Assembly: GCA_951406725.2 (NCBI GenBank)
Contig: OX597835.1
Coordinates: forward strand, 6,448,001 to 6,512,000
Direction of reading: 5' to 3'
DNA: 64,000 nt
From: Octopus vulgaris
Taxonomy: Eukaryota
Below are positions 1 through 64,000 of this stretch, piece by piece. The notes beneath the pieces were generated by a model, which was not told the origin of the DNA, did not search any database, and worked only from the letters and a program-made list of their open reading frames with translations. The position numbers and the translations under genes are program-made. Numbering within the stretch: the stretch's first letter is position 1; every line of letters starts with the position of its first letter.

Positions 1-213
1 CAGGCAGTTTATTCCATGCTTCAGCAACTCTGAGCGTGAAAAAATGTTTCCGAAAGTCATGGGAGCTGTGTTGTTTTCTGACTTTGTAGACATGTCCACG
101 TGTGTTAGACACATGGAGATCAAAAAGGTGTTCAGTGTTGATGTTGGTGAAGTGGTTGATAACTTTGTGGGTGTTTACCAAGTCCGTCGCCAGACAATGG
201 AGCTTCAGTGAAT
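1..213 (-). mobile_element. CR1/L2-like LINE 3' fragment
   Basis: Reverse complement encodes ...TRGHVYKV..DFRKHFFTLRVAEAWNKLP; same family as 20395-21054. Confidence 0.75.
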
Positions 214-774
214 ACTAGCTTAAAAGTTGCACTCTTTTAAGCTAACTACCGTGAAGGGCTGATTGGGTTTGCAGCCCAAGACAAAAAAAAGCAATAATAA
301 TAAAGCATTTGTTGGTACCCTACCAATATAGTATTACTCTACAATTATGATATTACTTTAAATTCAGTTTAAAGGAAAAACTTGTAAGTTCACAAATGTT
401 TGGAGTTCTTTTTTAAAATTTGAATTTTCAACTGTTAGCTTACAACAAATCCTCATCTAGACCTGACTGTTATGCTGAATGTTCAAGAACCAAATGAAGG
501 GCAGATTTTCGATCCTGGGATCATCCTGATTCCAAAAAGGTAGAATCTGTCTTTGTAGAGCAAATGTAGACTGAGATACTGGAGTCCTGGACGAACAGAC
601 AGAATTTTGCCTTTATTATTAGAGATCTTCATTGCCATGTAGCATAAAGTCTTTGCAATGCAATGATGAATCTCCAATGTATGTCTTCGAGATTGAGTGT
701 AAGTTCTCCCATCAGATGGAACCATAGCATTCCTTCATTCTGACTTTATCGTAGAGTTTTCTTGGCAGAGATAT

Positions 775-1172
775 TGGCGAGCTGGCAGAAACGTTGGCAC
801 GCCAGGTGAAATGCTTAGCGGTATTTCATCTGCCATTACGTTCTGAGTTCAAATTCCGCCAAGGTTGACTTTGCCTATCTTCCTTTCGGGGTCGATTAAA
901 TAAGTACCAGCTACACACTGGGGTCAATATAATCGACTTAATCCATTTGTCTGTCCTTGTTTGTCCTCTCTGTGTTTAGCTCCTTGTGGGTAGTAAAGAA
1001 ATAGGTATTTCGTCTGCCCTTACGTTCTGAGTTCAAATTCCACCGAGGTCGACTTTGCCTGTCATACTTTCAAGGTCGATAAATTAAGTACCTGTTGCAT
1101 GCTGAGATCGATCTAATTGACTGGCCCCCTCACCACAAATTTCAGACCTTGTGCCCAGAGTAGAAAAGGATA
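775..1172 (+). mobile_element. tRNA-derived SINE family A (ggcgagctggcagaaacgtt...gagttcaaattcc)
   Basis: A-box and B-box-like head; other copies near 3208-3425, 12098-12318(-), 26010-26242(-), 32653-33580, 34418-34786(-), 53393-53592, 60480-60693(-). Confidence 0.8.
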
Positions 1173-1537
1173 TTAGTCGAATAAATCAATCACAGCACTT
1201 TTTTTGTTATGCTAGGTACTTGTTTTATTGGTCTCTTTTTGCTGAACTGTTAAGTTACAGGGATATAAGCACACCAACACTGGTTGTCAAGTGGAGTTGG
1301 GCAACAAACCCACACACACTATATATATATATATACACACATACACACACACACACACACACGCACATATATATATATATGACAGGCTTCTTTCATTTTC
1401 CATCTACCAAGTCCACTCACAAGGCTTTGGTTGGCCTGAGGCTATATTAGAAGACATTTGCTCAAGGTGCCTCACAGTGGGACTGAACCTGAAAGCATGT
1501 GTGGTTGGGAAGCAAGCTTCTAACCATACACCCATGC

Positions 1538-1590
<53 letters not shown>

Positions 1591-2030
1591 TGTACGTATG
1601 TAATTGTACATGTGTCTATATCTATGCGTGTGTGTGTGTGTGTGTCTTTGTGTCTGTGTTTGTCCTCCAACACTGCTTGACCACTAGTGCTGGTGTGTTT
1701 CAGAACAAGAACCAAGATTAAAAGAGAAACAAAAGTACTGGGGTCGATTCATTTGACAAAAATTCTTCAAGGCGATGCCCCAGCATGGCCGCTGTCTAAT
1801 GACTGAAACAAGTAAAAAGAATTAAAAGATTTAACATCAAATAACCACAATTAAGATAATTAATTTACTTATAATTAAGGCAACAGAAAATTTTCAACAC
1901 TTTTAAAATTCTTTTTAAAGAAATAAATGACTGTTATAATTCCTCACTTGCATCATGGTAAATCTATCATAAAAGAAATGCTCTGAGGTGCCACTTTCCA
2001 CTTGTACCCGAAGCACATGTTTGTATTGCA

Positions 2031-2592
2031 TTGGGTTGTCCGGTAAGTTCGTGCCGATTTTTAAAGGAAAGAAAAAGGTCAATAGATACTTGCCATTACA
2101 TTTTTAATCAACCAAATATGAACCATTTTGTTGTATGTGTCTCCATCTTCCCTTTAACTTGAAAATACCCTCTTCCCAGAATTGAGGGGGTTTCATGGCA
2201 AAGAATTCATCAAGGTATCTTTTTACGTCATCCAAGGAATTGAAATTTTTACCATTAAGACTATTCTGCAGAGACCTGAATAAGTGGAAATCCAAAGGAG
2301 CAATATCTGGTGAATATGGAGGGTGGGTAACACATCCCAGCTGAGCTGCAGCAATTTTTGTCTGGTTCCCAAAGCATCAAGTGCTGAAAATGAACTTTCT
2401 TATCTTCCATTTTAAAGAGTTACAGCATCAACACAGGTTATAGGAAAACAAATCTTCTTCCACGAAAAGATAGCTTAAACTGTGCTCTAAATGGAGGTAT
2501 AGTCAAATCCTATTTTATGAACTCAACCATGTTCTAAAATAAGTTGAAAGATAAGCTACTATAAATCGGCACGAACTTTCTGGACAACCCAA
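2031..2592 (-). mobile_element. Internally deleted mariner transposon
   Basis: About 29-bp TIRs ttgggttgtccggtaagttcgtgccgattt / aaatcggcacgaactttctggacaacccaa, TA at the right end; remnant YSPDIAP..DFHLFRSLQNSL transposase C-terminus. Confidence 0.9.
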
Positions 2593-4208
2593 TACAAGAT
2601 AGTATCAAAAAGTTTCCAGACTAGTCATGTTAATACAAAATAATTTATTTTCTAAGTTGAGGCACAATGACCCAGTGTTTAGGGCAGCAGACCCGCAGTC
2701 ATAGGATCGTGGTTTTGATTCCCAGACCAGGCGTTTTGAGTGTTTATTGAACAAATATACATAAAGCTCTACGAGGCTCCAGCAGGGGTGGTGGCGTACT
2801 CTGCTGTACTCTTTCACCACAACTTTCTCTCACTCTTTCTTCCTGTTTCTGTTGTACCCGTATTTCAAAGGGTCAGCCTTGTCACACTCTGTGTCATGCT
2901 GAATCTCCCTGAGAACTATGTTAAGGGTACTTGTGTCTGTCGGGTGCTTAGCCACTTGCACGTTAATTTCACAAGCAGGCTGTTCCGTTGATCGAATCAA
3001 CAAGAACCCTTGTCGTCGTAACCGACGGAATGCCACGTCAATATTTTCTAAGTTTTAGCATCATCTCCTTCAAAATAGCCACCTTGCACAGCAATACACT
3101 GGTACCAGGATTCCTGCCACTTTTGGAATTTAGTCTGGAAGTTGTTTACCGTCCATCATGTGGCATCTATATTCATTGATGCATTTCTGAAAGCATTCTC
3201 GGAATTGGTGAGCTGGCAGAAACATTAGCATGCTGGGCAAAATGCTTAGCGCTATTTTGTCTGTCTTTACATTCTAAGTTCAAATTCAACTGAGTTCAAA
3301 TTCAACTTTGCTTTTTATCCTTTCGGGGGTCGATAAATTAAGTACCAGTTGCGTACTGGGGTCGATCTAATTGACTGGCCTCACCTCCCCCAAAATTTCA
3401 GCCTTGTGCCTGTAGTAGAAAAGAATATATATATAATATATATATATATCACTTGATTGACCAGACCATTGAACATTGTTATACATCACTGGTCACAATG
3501 CACTTTGATTCATATTAGCTTTCAAATGATGCTATCCTGCTGGCTAGATGAGCGGGCCAACATTCCCCCTGGATAGGATGCTAGTCCATTGCAGGGTTAA
3601 ACTCATTTACACCTGAGTGGACTGCATCAACAAGAAATGAAACGTTTTGCTCATGAGCACAACATGCCAATCGATCTGAGAATTGAACCCATGATTTAGT
3701 GATTGGGAGACCAGCATCTTAACCCCTAGACCACACACCTTCACTCGAACCAATGCAACACTTGAAATGAATCGATGAAAAAGTTGCGAGTTGATAATAA
3801 TTAATGTGATTGCGTTAGTAACATTGTTGACATCTTTGCAGTTTTTATTATGGTTTCTTTGAGAGTTCAATGTACAACGATTGGTTTGTACATCAAATAT
3901 TTATTGATCCCTGGTGGCTTAAGTGAAACACCTTTGCATCGTAGAGCTTCTATTGATTCTCCACTCACGGAATAATTGGTGAACGAAATGAAGTCAATTA
4001 GACGATTGTGGTGAAAACCTTCACTGACATACGCATGCTCAAACGCATGCACATCAATACAGACACATATGTGCTCGGTTATATATATATATATATATAT
4101 ATGTATGCCTACATTTGCTTATATGGACACACACACATATATACATACATAAATATATACATGCATATACAAATATTTATATATGTCTACATAAATACAT
4201 ATTTATGG

Positions 4209-4239
<31 letters not shown>

Positions 4240-4328
4240 CAGACACACACATATACAGATATATATACATAGATAAAAATTTATACATTCATATATATGT
4301 GCATGTGTGTGTGTGTGAGTGTGCACGC

Positions 4329-4377
<49 letters not shown>

Positions 4378-4483
4378 AGAAGGTTTGGAGGTGATGTACA
4401 GGTAGAAAGTTGTTAGTAATGGCCAGTCAGAAAATGACCGTTGGTTTCACATCTATAAAGTGTGCAATTAGCTGTATAGGCAA

Positions 4484-4532
<49 letters not shown>

Positions 4533-4745
4533 TGTATACATAGTCTATAGATATATATAAGTATATATATATATAGTTAATCCAAACAAGAAAACACAAA
4601 ATAACACAACAATGCGAAGACGTGGAACAAATATAGTATTATTGGACGCTCAGGAAAGAAGGAAAGAAGAAGGAAACATAGCAGAAGGAAAGATCCAGAG
4701 AAGGGAAGACAGAGGAAAAAAAAACGCCAACGGTACACATGAGGT

Positions 4746-4795
<50 letters not shown>

Positions 4796-5855
4796 TAGAT
4801 AGATAGATAGATAGAAAAATATTTGTATGTATATATGTATACACACTCACACTTACACACACACATGCACACACACTTACACACACAAATACACACATAT
4901 ACAAATGCACACACACACACATGCACATGCACACACACACACACACCTTTAATTCTTTTGGGATTGATAAAATAAGTGCCAATTGAGCACCCCGGGGTAA
5001 TGTAATTGACTGACCTGCTCTGCTAGCCTTGTGCCAAAATTTGAAGCCATTTTGTATCCTGCACTTGTTAGAGATAATACCAAAATTTTGAGGGATCCTC
5101 TATGTATTTAGCTTATCTGAGATCCCCTTCAGTCACAAATGACCATGGGATTGCACCTAGAAAGTTACCCTCCCAGGCACAAGACTGGGCAAGGTTGTTT
5201 ATGGAAGACCAGAAATCGCCCATACTTACCGGCCTCCACTTCTCCATGCCACCAGTGTTATCAAAGGGAAAGACAAAGGCCGATACAGCTTTGTACCAGT
5301 GATGTCGCAATCATTTCTACAGCTGAATGAACTGGAGCAACGTGAAATAAAAGTGTCTTGCTCAAGAGCACAACACACAGCCCGGTCTGGGATTCGAGCT
5401 CACAACCTCACAATTGTAGGCTCAACACACTAACCACTGAGCTATGTGCCATATTTAGCTTAAAGTTACCCATAATTTGGGAAACTACAAGCAAGAGAAT
5501 TGAAGGTATCGGTCGTATTGTCAAATGCAAAGAGTGTTCCATGTTGATCAAAAATGAAGAGAAAAAGTTGAAGAAAATGGACCACGGTGTGTTGGTACAT
5601 ACGTAAGGCATTGGAATTGTATAATTAATAGGTAATTAGTAGACTGGAAGTTGTATTGATGAATTATTATTACATGACTATGGCCAATCTGGCAAAACAA
5701 TTACTTCATCAAGATTTTTGAATAATGGAAAATTGGTAATATACCTTTATACACCCCACCCACACACACACACATATATCATCATCATCATCATCATCAT
5801 TTGATGGCATGCACTGCTCTCTCACTCAATAATAATAATGATAATAATAATGATG

Positions 5856-5916
<61 letters not shown>

Positions 5917-5918
<2 letters not shown>

Positions 5919-6564
5919 TTCACTGGGTAATTTGCAAAAACCTGGATTTGCCCCATGAAAAAAACTGGTGGGAACACAATCACCTCCAGTGCTTGAAAAT
6001 GACCACATCTCACTCCTACTGGAACTTCACCATTCAAACTGACAGGAAGATAGATGCAAATAGGCCAGACATCATATTGAAAGACTTCAGACAAAGAACA
6101 TGCCTCCTCATTGATATGACTGTCCCAATCGATATAAACGTATCTATCAAAACCTACCAAAAACTGAGCAAATATAAAGATCTTGAAATAGAAATCAGCA
6201 AAATGTGGAAGCTGAAGACCAAAACAATACCTGTTGTCATAGGTGCTCTGGGAATGATAGTGAAAGGGACTGATTGCTACCTAACTCAGATACCAGGAAA
6301 CCCCAAAATGGCAGAAATTCAAAAGATAGTGCTCATGGGAACTGCTCATATCATACGCAAAATACTCTCTATGTAATCGCAAGGTTTAAAACAAACTTTT
6401 TTTTTTTAATGTATTAGACATTCACTAGTACAACACCAAAATAAAAACAAATATATGGCACACTAGGCATAACAACAATGTGAACTTCCAACCTGTTGTC
6501 TCTTGAGGTCTCTGGGTGAGACTTGGAGCCACCTTGTACAAACATAAAGCAAAAGTCAAACATA

Positions 6565-6565
<1 letters not shown>
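5917..6565 (+). mobile_element. R4/Dong-type non-LTR retrotransposon 3' fragment (restriction-like endonuclease domain)
   Basis: ORF RPDII..LIDMTVP..KLSKY..IPVVIGALG, flanked by (AAT)n on both sides; shorter copies at 30638-30958(-) and 49697-49967(+). Confidence 0.85.
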
Positions 6566-6635
<70 letters not shown>

Positions 6636-6801
6636 GTTTCAGTTTTATTGTGTACTTTTCCTTATCCACCCAATCACAGGTTTGTGTACCTACATACATG
6701 TTGTAATGATGACCACAACAATAATAACATCAACAACAAAACCAATAATAATATTAATACATATTTTTTTTTATTCCTCTTCTTCTTGTTCTTCTTCCAA
6801 G

Positions 6802-36838
<30,037 letters not shown>

Positions 36839-36943
36839 CCACTTCCATCCATTTTCTTTACTCCCTACACTCTATGTTTGAATTTTACTGAAGAGTTCTG
36901 ATCACCATACTCCCTTACTCATTACTCACATTTCTCACGTTTC

Positions 36944-36949
36944 AATAAA
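36944..36949 (+). terminator. candidate polyadenylation signal of the TRPV gene
   Basis: AATAAA about 105 nt after the predicted stop. Confidence 0.4.
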
Positions 36950-37332
36950 CCGACATACTCTTTCATGGACCTCTATAACTTCCCTATTTGAACCCTTTCA
37001 TTGCACGAACCAGATATATCCACTCAAAATTTTCATTACAGTTAATTATGGATAACATTTTTATATACTAACCTGTCTTTTGTTGAGGAGTCTCATGTTT
37101 GAAACTAGCTAGATGGTGTAGAATACTACTATCTTAGTACACACACACACACACACACACAGCTATATATACATAGAACTTATATACATTAGCACACATT
37201 CATATAGACATACTTAATCACATGTACATACATATACACACAAACATAGACACATATATACACATACACATACATACTTACATATATATACACACATACA
37301 GATATAAGTCTGTATGCATGTATACATATATA

Positions 37333-37380
<48 letters not shown>

Positions 37381-37417
37381 TGTATGCATATGTATATATA
37401 TGCACATGTATATATAT

Positions 37418-37462
<45 letters not shown>

Positions 37463-37519
37463 CATATGTGTATATACGTATATCTGTATGTATATATGTA
37501 TGTATGTACCTATATATGC

Positions 37520-37556
<37 letters not shown>

Positions 37557-38769
37557 CATACAGACATACGTATATATATACACACACACACTTACAAACA
37601 TATGTACAATCATACATAAACACACATCTGCACAAATACACAAACACACACACATATATCAGTGTGTTTGCTGTAAACAAATGTCACCATCATACAAGCG
37701 GGGTAGTTTGCAATCTCCCATGGAGATCATGTCTGCCCATTCAAGCTGTTCATGTCTGAAGGACTACAGGAACAGCCGAGGGTTAGCAACAGGAAGAGCA
37801 TCCATGCACCCCAGGAAGATCTGCATCAACAGACCTTCAAAAGCATCAACAATTGGATGTTAAAATGATGGTAATGAAGATGACAATGATGATGATGATG
37901 ATGGAGGTGATGATGATGAGGAGACAGAGGATGGCAGAAGTAATGGTGATGGTGGTGATGATGCTGGTGATGATGGTGATGGTGTGATGATGATGATGAT
38001 GATGATGATGGCACATTAACAAATACAAACCAATAAATAATTGTTATAATAATAATAATAATAATAATAAAAAACTAAGTTCATCAGTTTCTATTATTTT
38101 TTTTCCTTTTATTTTTATCAAAAGAATTACAATTTATTGTTTTAAAAGATTTTATTCTTACAGAAATTTGTAAAATCTACATAAATTTCCAACCAGAATG
38201 TCTGGACACTGAAGGACAGAAACCAGTAAATACTACTATAACAACAACAACAACAACAGAAACAAATTACCGATAACTATTACCTTTCGGTTTTCTTAAT
38301 TCAGAAAAAGGGGGAAGTTCATAAGTAAAGAGAGAGGAAGAGATAAAACAGACAGATACAGACACACACAAATATATATATATATACGAGTGAGTGGACA
38401 AATGAAAGAAAGGCACTGTTAGGAGTAACATGTATGGACCAAAACAGATTGATTTACATTCCTTGGTACTTCAAGTTTCAAAGTGTGATGCTCATCCTTA
38501 ACCACTGATTTCCTGTCCGCCTCATGGTCAATTTCTTGTTCGTCATGCAATATTTTCCAAGTAATTATTGTCGCTGAAATACCAGCATCAAACTGTGGCA
38601 CCACGCGACCTTTCTCAACCAATTTCAGCATGTATACCAGTAATAACACTTGACTTTCTCCAACTGATCTCTCATTCAAATTTCCGACAGCTGAGGATTA
38701 GCATCACTTTGAAACTTACAGTACCAAAGAATTTGAATCAAAATATTTCTATCTATCTATCTATCTATC

Positions 38770-38803
<34 letters not shown>

Positions 38804-38825
38804 TCTGTAAATTATTCAGTTGCCA

Positions 38826-38888
38826 TAATAAAACTCTGAGTTTCGGATGTCAGGGCGGAAATCTGCTCCGGCATCTCGTCAGTTATTA
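38826..38888 (-). ncRNA. Type-I hammerhead-like motif with intact core
   Basis: TAATAA-CTGACGA-[long stem II]-C-GAAA-CTCAGAG-TT-TTATTA. Confidence 0.6.
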
Positions 38889-38923
38889 AGACGAAACAAA
38901 AATGCTATGAAAATGTTTTGTCT

Positions 38924-38986
38924 TAATAACTGACGAGATGCCGGAGCAGATTTCTGCCCTGACATCCGAAACATAGAGTTTTATTA
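38924..38986 (+). ncRNA. Type-I hammerhead-like motif (inverted twin; stem III mutated to CATAGAG)
   Basis: TAATAA-CTGACGA-GATGCCGGAGCAGA(TT)TCTGCCCTGACATC-C-GAAA-CATAGAG-TT-TTATTA. Confidence 0.5.
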
Positions 38987-39096
38987 TGGCAACTGAATAA
39001 TTGTCACATATTATACTTACAGATAAATTCCTCTATTTACATAATATCGAGGTATCATTCATTCTTTTGGTGTCATACTATTACTATTAATATATA

Positions 39097-39253
<157 letters not shown>

Positions 39254-39332
39254 ATTTTTCATATATATATATAATTTAATATAATATATATTTTACTATA
39301 AAATTATATAATTTATTTATAATATTTATTAT

Positions 39333-39448
<116 letters not shown>

Positions 39449-39810
39449 ATATATATATATATATGTGTGTGTAGTCATGGTATATTCTGTCAGGAACATG
39501 ACAGGGTACAGTATAAAGCTCATCCACCCTCAGAATAACCCAATACTATCTGGTAGCTTTAATATATACCTCCATGTTTATGTTTGGGTATCCATCATGT
39601 GTGAATATTAAATTGAAGAAAGCGGTGGGTGTCAACGAGAAGGAGTAATGGTCGGACAGTTATTTTTTTAATCACTACAATTGTTTCCACCAAATGTCAT
39701 TCTCCAAATGTACAAGTGTTTGATTATGTAATGGATAAAACACTTAAATAACACCTGAGGAAACAACTGGATCTCACCATGCAAGCAAACTGCAACTTCA
39801 GCCGATGGAA

Positions 39811-62241
<22,431 letters not shown>

Positions 62242-63686
62242 TTCTGTTGGTAGGGTGGTGATTCTGTTTGTTGTTTCTGTCGGTATTGTTGCTGCTGCTA
62301 TGAACGTCGTAATTCTTGAGAACTTTTGTGCTTGCTAATTTCTCTTTGATTTTTGATGATTCTCTGGTTGCTATAGTTACAAATCTTTATTCTTGGTGTT
62401 TTTGCTGTTATTACTATGATTGTTGACTTTGGAATACTCAGCAACTTTTTTTTCAGATATTCTAAGAAGCACAAAAAGATAGAAAATAAAATAAACAAAA
62501 ACAAAAACATAAACAAGACATAACATATTGTCATCGTTATCATCGTCATCATCATCATCATCATCATTTAACGTCCTTTTCCATGCTGTGATGGACAGGC
62601 TGATTTTAAAAAATCTAAATATCTGCCGTTGCCAGCCTCGCCTGGCCTACGTGCTGGTGGTACGTAAAAAGCACCATCCGATTGTGGTCGTTTGCCAGCC
62701 TCGTCTGGCACCTGTGCTGGTGGCACGTAAAAAGCACCCACTACACTCATGGAGTGGTTGGCGTTAGGAAGGGCATCCATCCGTAGAAACATTGCCAGAT
62801 CAGACTAGGCCTGGTGCAGCCTTCTGGTTTCCCAGACCCCAGTTGCACCGTCCAACCCATGCTAGCATCGAAAGCGGACGCTAAACGATGATGATGATGA
62901 TCTAGGTGTAATGAAAGAGGACCAGAGAAAAATGGCACACAATATGAAATTAACGAAACTCAGCTAAATGAAAAAAAAACTCAACATAAAATATTCTCTA
63001 TAGCTTCTTCACGATCTGTTGGAGTGTCTCTCTTAGTAATAAAGAGAAGAAATTATTGGAGTTAGACATTACTCATTTTACCCTATTTTAGACCTTTTCT
63101 TTTTTCTTTTTTAAGTTGAAAATTATCAAAAAATTGAACTTCGAATCGAACAGAGAAAAGAACATTGATTGTTAAAGAGCAAAAATTATCCAGGTATTTT
63201 ATTAGCAACCTCAATGACAATTGGGTCAAAGTTGAGGAAGAATTTCTTGCAAAAAAAGGACCTGCCACCTGACTATGTGTCGGACTCTCTCAACTTCAAC
63301 AACAACAACTATGCTGAACAATTTTTACTCTTACAGAAGATGCAACACTACAAAATGATGATGCAATACTTTCAACATAAAGATTTCAAATAAGCAGGGA
63401 GAAAATAACTAAAAATCAGAGGTTACTCATTTTACCCCGATTACTAATTTTGCCCCACCCCACCTATATATTTTCTTTTTTTTTTTCTTTTACTCGTTTC
63501 AGTCATTTGACTGCGGCCATGCTGGAGCACCGCCTTCAGTCGAGCAAATCGACCCCGGGACTTATTCTTTGTAAGCCCAGTACTTATTCTATCGGTCTCT
63601 CTTTGCCGAACCGCTAAGTTACGGGGACGTAAACACACCAGCATCGGTTGCCAAGCAATGCTAGGGGGACAAACACGGACACACAA

Positions 63687-63717
<31 letters not shown>

Positions 63718-64000
63718 CATATATACGACAGGCTTCTTTCAGTTTCCGTCTACCGAATCCACTCACAAGGCTTTGGTCGGCCCGGGGCTATAGTAGAAGA
63801 CACTTGCCCAAGATGCCACGCAGTGGGACTGAACCCGGAACCATGTGGTTGGTTAGCAAGCTACTTACCACACAGCCACTCATTTTTTTTTTACTACTAT
63901 TGTATTGGGTACTTTATCTGTTATCGTTAAACACACACACACCCGTAAAGTTGATTAGATTCTCAATAAGAAAAAATATATATATCAGACCAACCAAAGC

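Noticed and set aside
483-725. 80-aa minus-strand ORF
   Set aside because: No recognisable domain or splice partners; possibly a decayed transposon.
5459-5602. Exon-like segment LKLPIIWETT...VLVHT with AG/GT ends
   Set aside because: Its donor is phase 2 but the next TRPV exon needs phase 1, and it does not resemble TRPV N-termini.

Overview
Repeat-rich, AT-rich animal genomic DNA. The SINE families and microsatellite density suggest an octopus or other coleoid cephalopod (inference). Two multi-exon genes were reconstructed by hand with every intron phase checked. (1) A Nanchung/OCR-type TRPV channel on +: 14 coding exons, 6802-36838, about 624 aa, with the 5' exon(s) probably upstream of the window. 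(2) A complete GH31 lysosomal alpha-glucosidase (GAA-like) on -: 19 coding exons, 62241-39811, 897 aa, including one GC-AG intron. The genes converge with stops about 3 kb apart. Introns hold tRNA-derived SINEs, mariner remnants and MITEs, TTAA MITEs, non-autonomous Helitrons, R4/Dong-type LINE fragments in (TAA)n, CR1-like fragments and minisatellites. The most notable non-coding signal is a set of minimal type-I hammerhead-ribozyme-like motifs in Penelope-like repeats, two pairs of them in inverted arrangement. Other notable signals are a templated inverted insertion inside a LINE, a duplicated splice acceptor and several long hairpins. Most ORFs in the supplied track are microsatellite artefacts.
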